Source: Peribolospora baueri (taxonomy: Eukaryota). Taken from it: a stretch of DNA of 64,000 nucleotides. Within the stretch, counting starts at the first letter, position 1. Each line of letters starts with the position of its first letter. The stretch is from assembly GCA_029717555.1 (NCBI GenBank), contig JAMDHS010000011.1, positions 124,001-188,000 of the forward strand, written 5' to 3'. Under the pieces are notes generated by a model. That model was not told where the DNA came from and searched no databases. It was given only the letters and a program-made list of their open reading frames with translations. Shown one piece after another: positions 49,157 through 64,000 of this stretch. Both the position numbers and the translations under genes were made by a program.

Positions 49157-50320
49157 TCAAACGAGTCGGCACCCCCATCGCTCCAGCTCTTTTAGAGCTT
49201 TCTCCGATTTGGCGGGGTCGACGCCGCGCACCGCGGATCGGACAACGTCGACGCCGAACTGAAACTTGCGCGCGTCGATGGCCTGTTGGCGAGCGGATGT
49301 CCGGGTCGGGCGGGTCAGCCAATAAACAGTCTGGGCCGAACGCTAGTCTTTTCCTCGGGGCGGTGGGTAACACATACGAGCCCGTTTCGTCCGTCGCTGT
49401 AGTCAGACCGGACTCACCGTAGCTCTGACGCAATAGTCCGTCGCAAGCCCAGCGATGGTGACATTTGTTATGCCCGCTGTATAGAGCACCTTCGCGAGCT
49501 CGGTGAAGCGGACATAGTGATTTAAGGAGAAGGCAGAGTAAGCGTCGATCAGCGGGTGGTCTCCCTGGTTAGTACGGGAAGTTAACACGATGCAAAACCA
49601 AACATCAGCAGCGTTCTTGTCAGGTATCTATAGAGGTGACAGGGGGGATAAAGTACTTGCCTTCTGGACGACGCGAGCTTTTGGACCGAGCTTGTCTAGA
49701 CGTTCTCGCACTCCCGCTTCTATCTCGCAGCCCTGACAAGGTGCAGAAACAACATCAACGTCTCAAAACCGCGTTCGAAGGCCAGACGGACGGCCTCGAC
49801 AATACCGTCCTTCAGCAAAGATGACAGACTCACCCTGGTGCCTTGAACGCAATGATCGGGCCACAGCATCTGATAAATCGTCTCCTCTCCCGTTTCCGAC
49901 ATTTTGTCCTCTGAGGCCGCAGCTGGGACTCGAACCACCTCCTTCGGGTCGCCCGTCAATTTGTGCGTGATAGGGTGAGGAATGCGGATCTGTTGAAATG
50001 GCTCCAGGCCATGCGTGGAGGCGAAGGAGATGTGACCGGGCGGATGGTAGTCCTAGAAGGGAAGTCGATGCAGACGTTCCAGGATGTTCGTGTTAGAAGA
50101 GAGCGTCCGAGAGCAACGCACAGAGCCTTCGCGAAAGTGTTCGCATCGAACCGATCTGCACGCTTGCAGGATTTGGACTGACCTGGCTGGCAACAACTAT
50201 ATCCCATTGCCTCCCCTCCATGAGCTCATACACCACGGGGAGGATCTCCTGGGCGCCTTTGACGGCGAGCGAGCCGTCTATGAAATCGTACTGAATATCA
50301 ACGAGGATGAGCGCAGACAT
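49157..50320 (-). CDS. PNC1: Nicotinamidase/pyrazinamidase (isochorismatase family)
   Basis: ALILVDIQYDFIDGSLAV, SQDYHPPGHISFASTH, LWPDHCVQGT, KG...DAYSAF, AGLATDYCVRATAIDA. One intron (49565-49660) has a GCAAGT donor. Confidence 0.95.
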
Positions 50321-50500
50321 GACGTGCGGGCGTCGGGAGAACGGTAGAAGAGCCACGGCAATCCAGCGCGCTCTCAAATTGATGGTATGGTGCACTAGAA
50401 GAAGCGATCAACAAGGCATCATCATCTCAACAGGGGCGGATAGATGGGCTTACTGTCGCCGTTACCTGGCACGGCGTCGGTGATCAGCTTTCAGCGGGTT

Positions 50501-50800
50501 TCAATATAATAATATATGATAATTCTATTAATTTATATTAAAGTGTTAGTATAATTATAACTAAATAAGGATATAATGAGTAAATAGTATATTCATAAAA
50601 ATATAGTTATGAATTGGTGATACTGTTACTGGTATAGTGGTGTTTTAGGAACATCTATGTATGTACCTATAGTACAAATATAGAGTGTAATAAGTGAAAC
50701 ATTTAAATTAAGTTAGGACGTGTACAGTTATGCGAATATATTTTAATATCATTTTATTTATATGAAGTGATCCGCATAGGTAAACTTTTATCAAAATTCT
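50501..50800. other. AT-rich island (possible NUMT or decayed repeat)
   Basis: Hand count gives about 67 G+C in 300 nt (~22% GC), with sharp edges against GC-rich flanks; no clear ORF. Confidence 0.8.
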
Positions 50801-51467
50801 GATAGGCAAACGTCTGCCTGGTCCTCATCACCTCATCCTCAGGAAGCCGCTTATCGCCGCAGAGATTTGGCTCGAGCGTCCCATGACCGTTGCAGAGGAT
50901 TCGTTATAAACAGCGCTCTTCTGTTTCAGCAGCGTTGCTTCTTTACGATGCAATCCGACAACGTGGGTTTGCAACGGTACGTGCGGCCGGTGAGACTAAA
51001 GGGAGAAACAGAGGTGGCGCCAAGCCCCAGGTGACCTAGGCAGCAGCAGCGCCCCCTTCGCGCCGGCGGTTCCGGCGCCGACGGCCGATCAGACACCCAC
51101 CGAAGTTGTCGTTGGCCGGCGATACGGATCTGTCTTTGCGGAACGTCTATATCCCAGGCAGGCAACTTGCGAACTTACGATGCACCGCCGATCTTGAGGC
51201 AGTGCCTTTCGTTGTATGGACAGGAGCTGAGCTCATTTTTGCCCTCTCTCTGAGCGGCGATGGCGTCCGTGTCCCAGCATGCCAGGCTGCCGCCGGTTCC
51301 ACGTACTTGCCACCGGCCCCAGGATATTATAAAGGAAGCCGCTGTAACCGTTTCCTTGGTTGATCTGCATCTCGTTCCTCTCATTCGGCCCTGTCTTTCT
51401 TTCTCTCTTTTTCGAACACTTCCTTTCGCCATCTACCCTATCCGTCACTCTTAGTTCTTTACCAGCC

Positions 51468-52381
51468 ATGTTCACCGCGTACGTCAAGTCCGCCTCTTGG
51501 CGTTCGCCGTCGCTGCCACCGCGGCAAAGGCTGCCCCCGCCACTCCTGCTATCGAGGAGAGGGCTGCCCGTGAGTAGAAGCGCGCAAATCTAATGAGTAT
51601 TGCAACCATCTCATTCCTGGCTGACCCCCAACATGTATTACACGCCTACCAGTTCCTAAGGGAGTCCAGCTCATCCACGTGGACACGTCGAATTACTTCC
51701 AAGAGACCTACGATGAACTTAACCTGAGAGAGTTGCTCAACATTCCGTCGTGCAACCCCGGCAGTTGAACCTGTGAGCGTCAAACGTCTGGAGAGGCAGA
51801 GACGTGTCGACACGGCGAGAGTTACGCGTCAGTGAGAAACATTCTGCGTCGGCGTCGATGACAGCGCTTTGCGACAGACGCACCTGGTCCTGGTTCTGAG
51901 CAAAGACGCGGATGCCCTCCGGAGGAGGGTTGCAGCCTGTGGGTGGGGCTCAGATGGCCCACTGAAGTACTCGGGGACGTTTGGGAGCTGCGACACATTC
52001 CCGTTGTAGTAGGTGATGTCCCAAATGAATTCCCAGTTGTACGCAGGGCCTGCGCTCTGGCTGTAGTTAAGGTAAGAGATGCCGGGACCGCCGTCGTAAC
52101 CTTGCACGATGGTTACATTGGCATCCAGTATAACACGTCCGCGCTCAACGACTGCGTCCTCAAAGGTGTCAAGGCCGACAGCACCGACGAGAACCCCACC
52201 GTGTCTGCTCCTTTGGGCAACGGCCAGATCCTTCCTCCTCTAGTCCCGAGTGGACCGCCCCCACCGGCCAGGACGCCGGACTCTGGCAAGGGCTCTAGCA
52301 TCTCACATCAAGTGCGATGGCAACTTCCAGATCGGCATCGACGACTTCCAGTACTTCACCCCTGCTCCCACTTACCCCTGA
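51468..52381 (+). pseudogene. Pseudogene of a small secreted protein with an internal inversion
   Basis: Signal-peptide-like LLAFAVAATAAKAAPATPAIEERAA lies one frame off the ATG. Intron GTGAGT...CTGAC...CAG, C-terminus HIKCDGNFQIGIDDFQYFTPAPTYP*. The middle (51756-52101) reads as coding sequence plus an intron on the opposite strand. Confidence 0.65.
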
Positions 52382-53307
52382 TCCCTCCACCAAGCACGCC
52401 CTGTCTTCATGTCGAGGCGGCCGGCCGACATTGACGTTGCTTATTACCTTCGTGTGACCGTTACTTCTTACATGGACCTTTTTTAGGACGTTGGGCAATT
52501 AAGGTATTTGTTGCCATCATAGAACAAACTAGCGTTCAAATTGTTCTTTCTAGAAATTCTTGGACGCGTCAAAAGGAAAGAGGTACGGTAACGGAACGGA
52601 AGAGAAGCGGATTTGGACAGTAGAAGGTATGGAATCATGTGGGGCTCGCCAAAGGAAACAGCGCAAGCTTGTAGTCAGCAACGTCGGCCAAGACGAGCAG
52701 AGCGAGAAAAGCGGACCTGACGATCACGATGAATGAAAGCCAGGAATGAGGAGGTATCGCACCGCTCACGCTCGCTTGCAATTTTCATCTTGGATCGAGA
52801 CCCTTCCGGATTCGCCCACGCTCGCAATCCGAGACAAGAGCAGGCAAGTCACTACTGTACTTACTGTATTACTGTATGAGCATAGGTCTGATCGGAGCGG
52901 GGGCGGCGTTCTAGAAGCGCCGGCCACACGTCGGCGTCTCGGAACGGTGGCCGCAGCTGCGGTGCCCATGTGATCGCCGGAGCGGGGTAGGTCATGAGGA
53001 TGATAAGAGGCGGAGAGTCAAACCGCATGCCCACCCATCCGCCTTCTCACCTCTGCTCCTCTCTACCCCATCGCCACTGTCGTTTGCCCTACGTTCATCC
53101 CGTGCAATTGCTGTAGCCGATTCCATTGTTCCTCCAACTCGACTTCCTCCCAGGTGCGTTGGCCGAGAACTATGCTGTGACCGCACGCCTTGCTGTTCCC
53201 TGCTCGACGCGCACACGAGACAGATCCCATCCGAACGAATGCCCTGAAGGATGAGCCCCTGACTAAATCCCCCAATCACATTCCGTACCGAGCAGAACAC
53301 ATTCAAT

Positions 53308-55824
<2,517 letters not shown>

Positions 55825-56386
55825 GCAACCGGCCTGAATATGACTGTGCCCCGAAACTGAAGATTGCCCATGTATATATCATGGTGTGAATGTCGTGAAT
55901 TGGCATCAGAGGAAGGTTTAAGGACGTGCGTCATTCCATGCGTGCAGGGAAGGATGAAAGACAGCAAGCCTAAGTCCTTCGTTCTCAGCCGCCAGCGGGA
56001 GGTCTGCCGGACTTGGTCCAAGCAGCGGAAGCTTGAGACCGGGTTCCTTTCGGAGCTTAGACCCCACCCCTGGAGAGCCCGGAGCACGTGATGGGAGCGG
56101 CACGTGATCGGCCTAAGCGTTGCACCGATCTCGACATTGGGAGGCTCATTGTTGCCCGCACGACCGCACGACCTCGTCGTCGCCGTGTCGCCGTCGTCCC
56201 ATGGCCATCACGCTTCGCTCCGCATCACCAGACGACAGACGTCCATCTGGTACCGCTCCCCACTTTCCGGTTGCTCCGTTCCTGCGCTCTTCTAGTGCTT
56301 TCGACACCGTTCATAGGGATGCCGATGACGCCGGCCGAACGGGAGTTGGAGCGGGTGTGGGTGCGGGCGCCATGGGAGGGGCGACG

Positions 56387-57707
<1,321 letters not shown>

Positions 57708-57836
57708 CTTATGGATTGGATAGAGCGAGTTATGATTTCGAAGGGCGGTGGACCGTGCGCCGGGTGGATGGTACAGAAAAGACGGCTCGACGCACAGGGC
57801 CGCTTTCGTCTATACTCCATATTAGCCTCTTTTAAT

Positions 57837-59206
57837 CTATGAAAAATACTCAGGAAGGACGTAGGCCAGGTTGGCTTTGGCCTTGGCGGGGATAGCCTCC
57901 TTCTTGGTGATGATACTCCACCGCATGGACCCCTTTGCACTCTTGAACAGCGCAGAGCTGTTGTCGTCGGCGGCCTCATGGACCATGTCGATGACGGCCT
58001 CGGCGACAACCTTGGAGGCAAGGGCGTTGGCGGTGAGCGTTTTGACCACTTCAGCCACTGTCACCGACTCTTCCGAGGGGCGCCAGGCGTCATAGTCGGT
58101 GGCTGCTCAGAGAGGAGGAAGACCAGAGTTCAGCGGTCAGGGCAAGCACGTCTGTGTGCAAGAGCGACGATCCCGGCTCACCTGTCGCGATGAGAACGTA
58201 GCTGAAGAGACCCGAGGGAGACAAGCCTCAAGTCAATCATGCGACTGAGGAGAAATGAAGAAGCACGCGCAGGAAAAAAACCGTCAAGCTCACCTCATCT
58301 CCGCCTCACGGGCGAGCTTGGCCTCGGGGAGGACGCTCATGTTGATGATGTCACCTCCCCATGATCGGTACATGAGCGATTCGGCGCGGGTGGAGAACTG
58401 GAAAAGGTGACAGAGTGGATGAGGAATGGGGAGGTAGGTCAGAAGACTGGCATACAAGGAGAGGTCGGGTGTCTGGAACTGTTTGGGGAATGCTTACCTG
58501 AGGACCTTCCATGCACACCACCGTCTTGCCCTGATGCAGTTTGACGGGCGTGGACAACTCGGAGAGCGTTTCGGCGACCTTGGCCTTGACGATATCCCTC
58601 AGCACGGCGCTGAAAGGGTCCCCAAAGCTAGCATGCGCAACGACGCCGCTTTCTTCACCCTCTCCGAAGAAGCTCGCTCGTCGGACGCCCTTGGTCCGGT
58701 CGATGATCTGGTCAGGGATAATGAAATCACCTGGCGCGATCTCCTCGCGCAGGGAGCCGACAGCTGAGAAGGCGAGGATGGCTCGCACGCCGAGCGACTT
58801 GAGGGCCGCAATGTTGGCGAGCACTGGGACGGAGGAGGGGGTGAAGTTGTGATGGACACCGTGGCGGGCTACGAAGGCAATGGGAGCACCGGAGGGGAGC
58901 AAGGAGATGGTGATCGGAGAGGAGGGGTAGCCCCATGGCTATCGGCAGTGGTGACATGCGCATAGTCAAAGAAGGCTCATCAGAAGTGGAGCGTGGAGCA
59001 CCGTCACGTCCGGGACGCTCACTTACCGTCTTGGGGTTCACCTCGGCGACCTTGGTCAGGTTGTCGAGCTTGTAAAGACCTGAGCCACCGATCACGCCGA
59101 CGTGAACTGCGAATGCGAGGCGGACGGATGAGCGAGAGCTATAAAACGAGAAGAGCATTACCCTCTACGGACGCTCACCCGGCTTTTCATACGTCGAACC
59201 CGTCAT
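57837..59206 (-). CDS. MEU1: S-methyl-5'-thioadenosine phosphorylase (MTAP)
   Basis: [88 protein letters not shown]. Confidence 0.96.
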
Positions 59207-59629
59207 CGCGGCAATGGTCGTCGTCGGCGCTGTCGTCGGAGTCGTAGATGTGCGAAAGTTGATTTATTCATGCATTTATTTATTTATTCTGTTCATAGTC
59301 GAGACACCACCGCCGCCGTGCCGTAGGTGCCTGCCGCAGCGACGAGATGCCTATACATCTCGCCGCCGCCCTCTCCCTCCTTTCTCGCCCGCTCTTCACT
59401 CGACACACTGCATCCTGAGCGAATGGTTTCCACAGGCTTTCCGAGCGATTTAAAACTAGATTACAGGCCTCGGATACGTCTCGTCTATAGTCGACCGCGC
59501 GGATAAAAAGAACGAGGAAAGAAGGGCCGAAAAGCTCAAAAGATAGGACGCTCGCTTCAAGTCCCGTCCACGCGCACGTTCCCACGCTCCAGACGGGCAG
59601 CCTTCGCCCCTTTCCGTTTTCTTCCGCCA

Positions 59630-62600
59630 TTATTCCTTAGACTCATTCTTGGCGGCTTCCTGTTCCTCCTATAGAATTGAGATGGAGAGCGATGGCCGAT
59701 TCAGCAGCCGATGGTCACGTCAATCCTTGACTTCACAAGCCCACTCACTCGGATTTCATCGATCTCCTCGTCGAGCCCAATCTCGGCAAAGTCCTCCACC
59801 TCGATGGGCTCCCTTTCGAGCAAGGGCTTGATGAGCCTGTCGAAGTACGGGTGGATCTTTTGCGGCGGGTTGTTGGCGCGGACGGCGTTGAAGTAGGCGG
59901 CGTAGATGTCACCGTCGTAACGGCCGATGGGCGAGTTGAGGATGTGGTCCGTGTAGGTGAACGCGTCGACCATCGGGATCGCGATCTTGCGGAGCGCAAG
60001 GCAGTACTCGTCCACCTAGCGGGAAGAGGAGCGTGGCAACGAAATGTATACAGAATCAAAAAGAGGTACTCAGACAACTTAGACCGTCACCGACTCACCT
60101 TGGCCTGAACGATATCAAGCTGCTTGGCATTGATGTACCCATACTTCAAGAAGAATGCCGCCTTCTCCTCGATCTGCCACAGCGCGTACAGCTTGCAGAC
60201 CATTTCCAACTGTTCCCGGACGCCGTCGGTGCCCTTCTCGAGCCTCTCGACGGCCGCGCGGAACTGGCGGAAGATGTAACCGCGCGTGTGCACGTCCGCG
60301 GCGACGTAGCGCACCGTGGAGCATTCTTCAAACGCTTGTTCGCGCGTCTGACCGGCCTTCAAGCGCGCCTCGTAGTCGCCGGCGGCCTTCTTGAGCGTGT
60401 TGGCGGCGACGGTCGCCCAGCCTCGGTCGAGGGAGTCCAGGGAGTCGAGCTGAGCCGGGTCGGATGGAGCCTTGTCGGCGAGCACCCTGTCCAGGTCGTT
60501 CAGGTACGCCACGCCCGACGCGAGCTTCTTTCCCTTAGCGGCGTCCTGGTACGCCTGAATGAGCGATCGCCCGGATTGGAGGGCCAGCTGTGTGTGAAAT
60601 ATTTCGGGGCGCGTCGCCAGTCAGCGATAATGCCCACGGTCGCGCTCCCATCTCACTCCGTCTTGCCGACCGACTCACGATGGTGTTATCGCCCTCCCAG
60701 GTGCACTGCACAGCGAAGTCAGCATACATGGACGGGAAGCCGTTGTAGGAGCTGTAGCCGTGACCACCGCAGGCCTGGCGACATTTGTCGATCGTCTCGA
60801 GCGTGCTCCAGGTGCAGAAGGCCTTGAGGCCAGCAGAGGTGGCATGGGTCTCCTTGAGCTTCTCGAGCACCTCTGGCAGGTTCGGGTCGCCCGGCTCGAG
60901 CGACTCAAGGGCATCGGACATGTCCTCGAAGAGGCGGCGCATCTCGAGCGCCGTGAAGCCCATAGCAATCGCCTGAGAGAGCAGAGGCATCAGTCGTCGT
61001 TGGTGAATGGGATAGTCCAGGATCTGCGTCTCGATCTGCAAGGACGTTCGTAGAGACAGATCAATCATCGTTCAGTCAGCGTCTGCAACTCATCATCATC
61101 GCAGCAACCTAATGGTACCCACCTCCTGGTTACCAGTCTTGAACTGCCTCCTGACGGCGGCGTAGCGTACGGCAATGGTGAGCGCTTTCTTCGCCGTATT
61201 GCCCGAGTCGGCCACCATGGCAGTGCGCCCGGAGAGCAAGGCGCCATAGGTGAGCTGAGCGAGCGGCGGCTCGCGCACCTCTCCCTCGCGCGTGACCTGG
61301 GTGTGCTTCATGAGCATATACTGGCGTGGAATGCGGACGTAGCAGAACTGAATGTAACCGTTGTCGATTCCGTCGCGCCCCATCTTCTTGCCGATGTCGC
61401 CGATCGTCACACCGGGAAGGAGGGAAAATGTCCTGAGGATACGGAAGAGAGAAATTTCAACACATTGCCTCCCCAATTCCTGGTCCTGTGCCGCTCTTGA
61501 ACTCACTTGGGGTCCCTGAGAGGCACGATGAACGTCTTGACGCCGTGCTTCTTGCCCTTGATGAGAAGTTGAGCAAAAACGGCGCAGTGGGTGGCCGTCG
61601 AGGCCGCGCCGCCGATCCACCATTTTGTCGCGCCAAGGTTAGGCGTGTGGATGATGAACTCGTCTGACCTCTCGTCGAACGTCGCTGTGGTCTCCAGGCC
61701 AGCTACGTTGGAGCTGAAGGGAGCAGAGGGAATACGTAGTGGGTAAAATGAGACGGTGATCGAAAAAAATGATGAGACGGTAAATGAAAACTGGGAAGGT
61801 TGAGCACTGCGTATAGCTCACCCATGAGCAAGTTCAGTCATGCCAAAGCAGCCAATGACGCCGTTCAGGCCGATAACGCCCTTCTGAGTCCAGTACGAAA
61901 ACCTGCACGGATGGAGGACGGGACATCGTGGTCTTAGTAAGGACACATCCCCATTCCCAACCCACAGTTATACTCACTGGTTCGGCGTCGCAGCGGAGCG
62001 CACCGCGCCAAGGAAGAGACCATCTGAGAAGAACGTCCACGAGCGTCGTTGTCAGCCTTTCCGGCTTCGGCTCTCCGGTAGTATACCTCAAGAATAAAAA
62101 AATTAAAATTAAAAAATAAAAAGCTCACAGTGCACGCCAAACCTAGTCCAGAACCCGGGATCAGCAATGCCGATAATCTCGATCCTGCGTTGGAAGGCGT
62201 CCAGGTTCTCGCTAGTCACGTAGTGCACCAAGTTGGCGAATTTGGACATCGTCCGTTCACTATGGATCGGAGAAGAAATGAATCAAAAGAAGAGGGGAGT
62301 CAGTCCTTTTCATAGTTTCTTGATCCTTTCTCCCAACTACAAATATATAAAACAGAAGAGAAGAGAGAAACGACGAATGCTAATGTGAAACCCGGAACCC
62401 ACCGAATCTCGTCCTTAGACAAGTCATAAATATCGTCAACCCTGAACGCCGGGTCCCGAGCGATCTCAAGCATGAATTTCTCCTTGAGGAGGAGATCGCG
62501 CTCGGAGCCGTGGAGGGCAATTGCCATCTGCGGTGGGATGGGAAATGACGAAGAAAGAAGAACCAGAACGGGGATCAGATCGTGTTTTACCTTTACCGCG

Positions 62601-62776
62601 TGTAGAGCGACTCTATGACGAGCCCGACTAAGCCGCGCCGCGCGCCCTTCGATTCACACTGTATCCCCCTGTCCTCGTGTATGACCGCAACGTACCTTCC
62701 TAGTATCGAAAGGAGGGTTGGCCCTCTCCTTCTCGATGGTCTCCATCGTGGTCCTGTGGCTCCACGTGGTGGTCAT
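59630..62776 (-). CDS. POX1: Acyl-CoA oxidase
   Basis: [122 protein letters not shown]; about 10 introns. Confidence 0.96.
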
Positions 62777-64000
62777 TTTTGCAAGCGAGCCGAGGGAGCG
62801 AAGGGTTGAGTCGGGTTGCGGTAGGGTGATGTACGATGCGGGGGATTGTTCAAGATGGGTTAGCTAAGTCCTCGCTTTCACTTGTCCTTGTGCTCGTCCT
62901 CGTTCTTCCTTCCTTGGATGGGTCCGTCCTGTCTTTAGTTGGAACAACACGACTGGGTGTGGGGCCGGGTGATCGACGAGGTGTGCGTACGCGGGGGAGA
63001 GAGCGCTGAATCGAAGCGAGAGTGACGATGGGAGGAAGAGAACGCTCCACTATATGAATGTGAAAGGATGAGGCGACAACGGATGGAAGATGGTGGTTCG
63101 GGCAGGAAGAAGGACACTGCGTGGCGGTGGACCGGAGTAGGCGACAGACTGACCAACTTTCACGAGCGAGCGTCGGCTTGGACGACGGCCGGCGCTTGGG
63201 CGTGATCGGCGACATCGCCTGCCGGATTATTCCACCGCAATACCCGGCTTGGCCTGCCCAGTGCCCAGGACGTCTTCAACAACAGCACACGCCGGTCTCC
63301 ACCACCAACGCCAAACATTGCAGATGCCTCAGATCGAGTACATGCAGCACATGAGCGAGAATTCCACTGCCCAGGGTATCGGCGAGATGTCAGCCGAAAG
63401 CCGAGTTCTGCACATGACGTCTCCGCACGCACGTGACCGTTTCGGTATATGGTCCCGACATGGCCCGCGGCCGAGCCCGCTCCAGGTCACCCGTCCTTCC
63501 CTCACTGCCCCCGTCCAGTTACCGTCCAGTTACGGGGAGACAAGCATGATAGACGAGACGCTGAGCACACTCACAGCCCTCGCGGCCCGCGGCCGGTCAG
63601 CATCCTACATAATCACTGCCAAACAGCAGCAGGCTCGTTCCCCGCTTGTCTCTCTTGTCCGTGCAGCCGTGTGGCTCCTTCTCCAGGTGCCTTTTCTGAC
63701 CAGTTTCAACGGTCTACGGACCATCTCAACATTGTTCTTCAGGAACTAGTGTGGTCTCTTTCTGCACAATGGTGTCATACGGCGAGGTTGTCTAAATACG
63801 CCGCAGGAGACAGCAAACCCCGTCCGGAAGTCGTCAAGGCCGAAAGGGATCGTAGCGCATCGTCATCTCACATGACACTGAACACGAACATCAATGAGGG
63901 CTGCGTGGACATCGGCGATGTGACGTCGATGGATTTCAACTGGCCAATTGCTCTACGAATTTCATCCAGCGTCACTCCTCCCCTTCTCCACCACGCGGCA

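Noticed and set aside
59630..59669. Possible PTS1 at the acyl-CoA oxidase C-terminus
   Set aside because: It ends in SKE*, not SKL-like, and I saw no readthrough context or alternative acceptor that creates a PTS1.
62850..64000. ORFs and exon-like pieces at the window end
   Set aside because: A minus-strand stretch (GVTLDEIRRAIGQLKSID...) looks coding, but no consistent downstream splice model could be built and the sequence is truncated by the window edge.

Overview
GC-rich, intron-rich fungal genomic DNA, most consistent with a basidiomycete (GTGAGT/GTGCGT donors, CTGAC/CTAAC branch points, plant-like P3A H+-ATPase). Most six-frame ORFs are artefacts, so gene models were rebuilt by splicing exons by hand. 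The left ~31 kb has long, microsatellite-rich intergenic regions and carries a LYR-motif protein, an aspartic protease, a UTP23/SDO1 head-to-head pair, PMA1, a TMEM135-like protein and a large disordered protein. The right half is compact: sodium:solute-symporter (DUR3/DUR31/NCU01977-like) transporter, HAD-IIA phosphatase, LigB-type dioxygenase, MED31, allantoinase, two adjacent pseudogenes (MFS, DUF3632-like), a DENN/DUF2347 protein, nicotinamidase, a secreted-protein pseudogene, P5C dehydrogenase, a Siw14/OCA phosphatase, MTA phosphorylase and acyl-CoA oxidase. The strongest hidden signal is a TPP (thiamine pyrophosphate) riboswitch aptamer (minus strand, 33681-33919) inside an unusually long 659-nt intron of the symporter. 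That intron appears to use a GC donor, and it carries an in-frame premature stop, competing GT donors and an upstream element complementary to the aptamer core. Other anomalies: a ~300-bp island of ~22% GC, an internal inversion bounded by 11-bp inverted repeats in a dead gene, and a possible spliced transcript divergent from PMA1. All family assignments come from motif recognition, not database searches.
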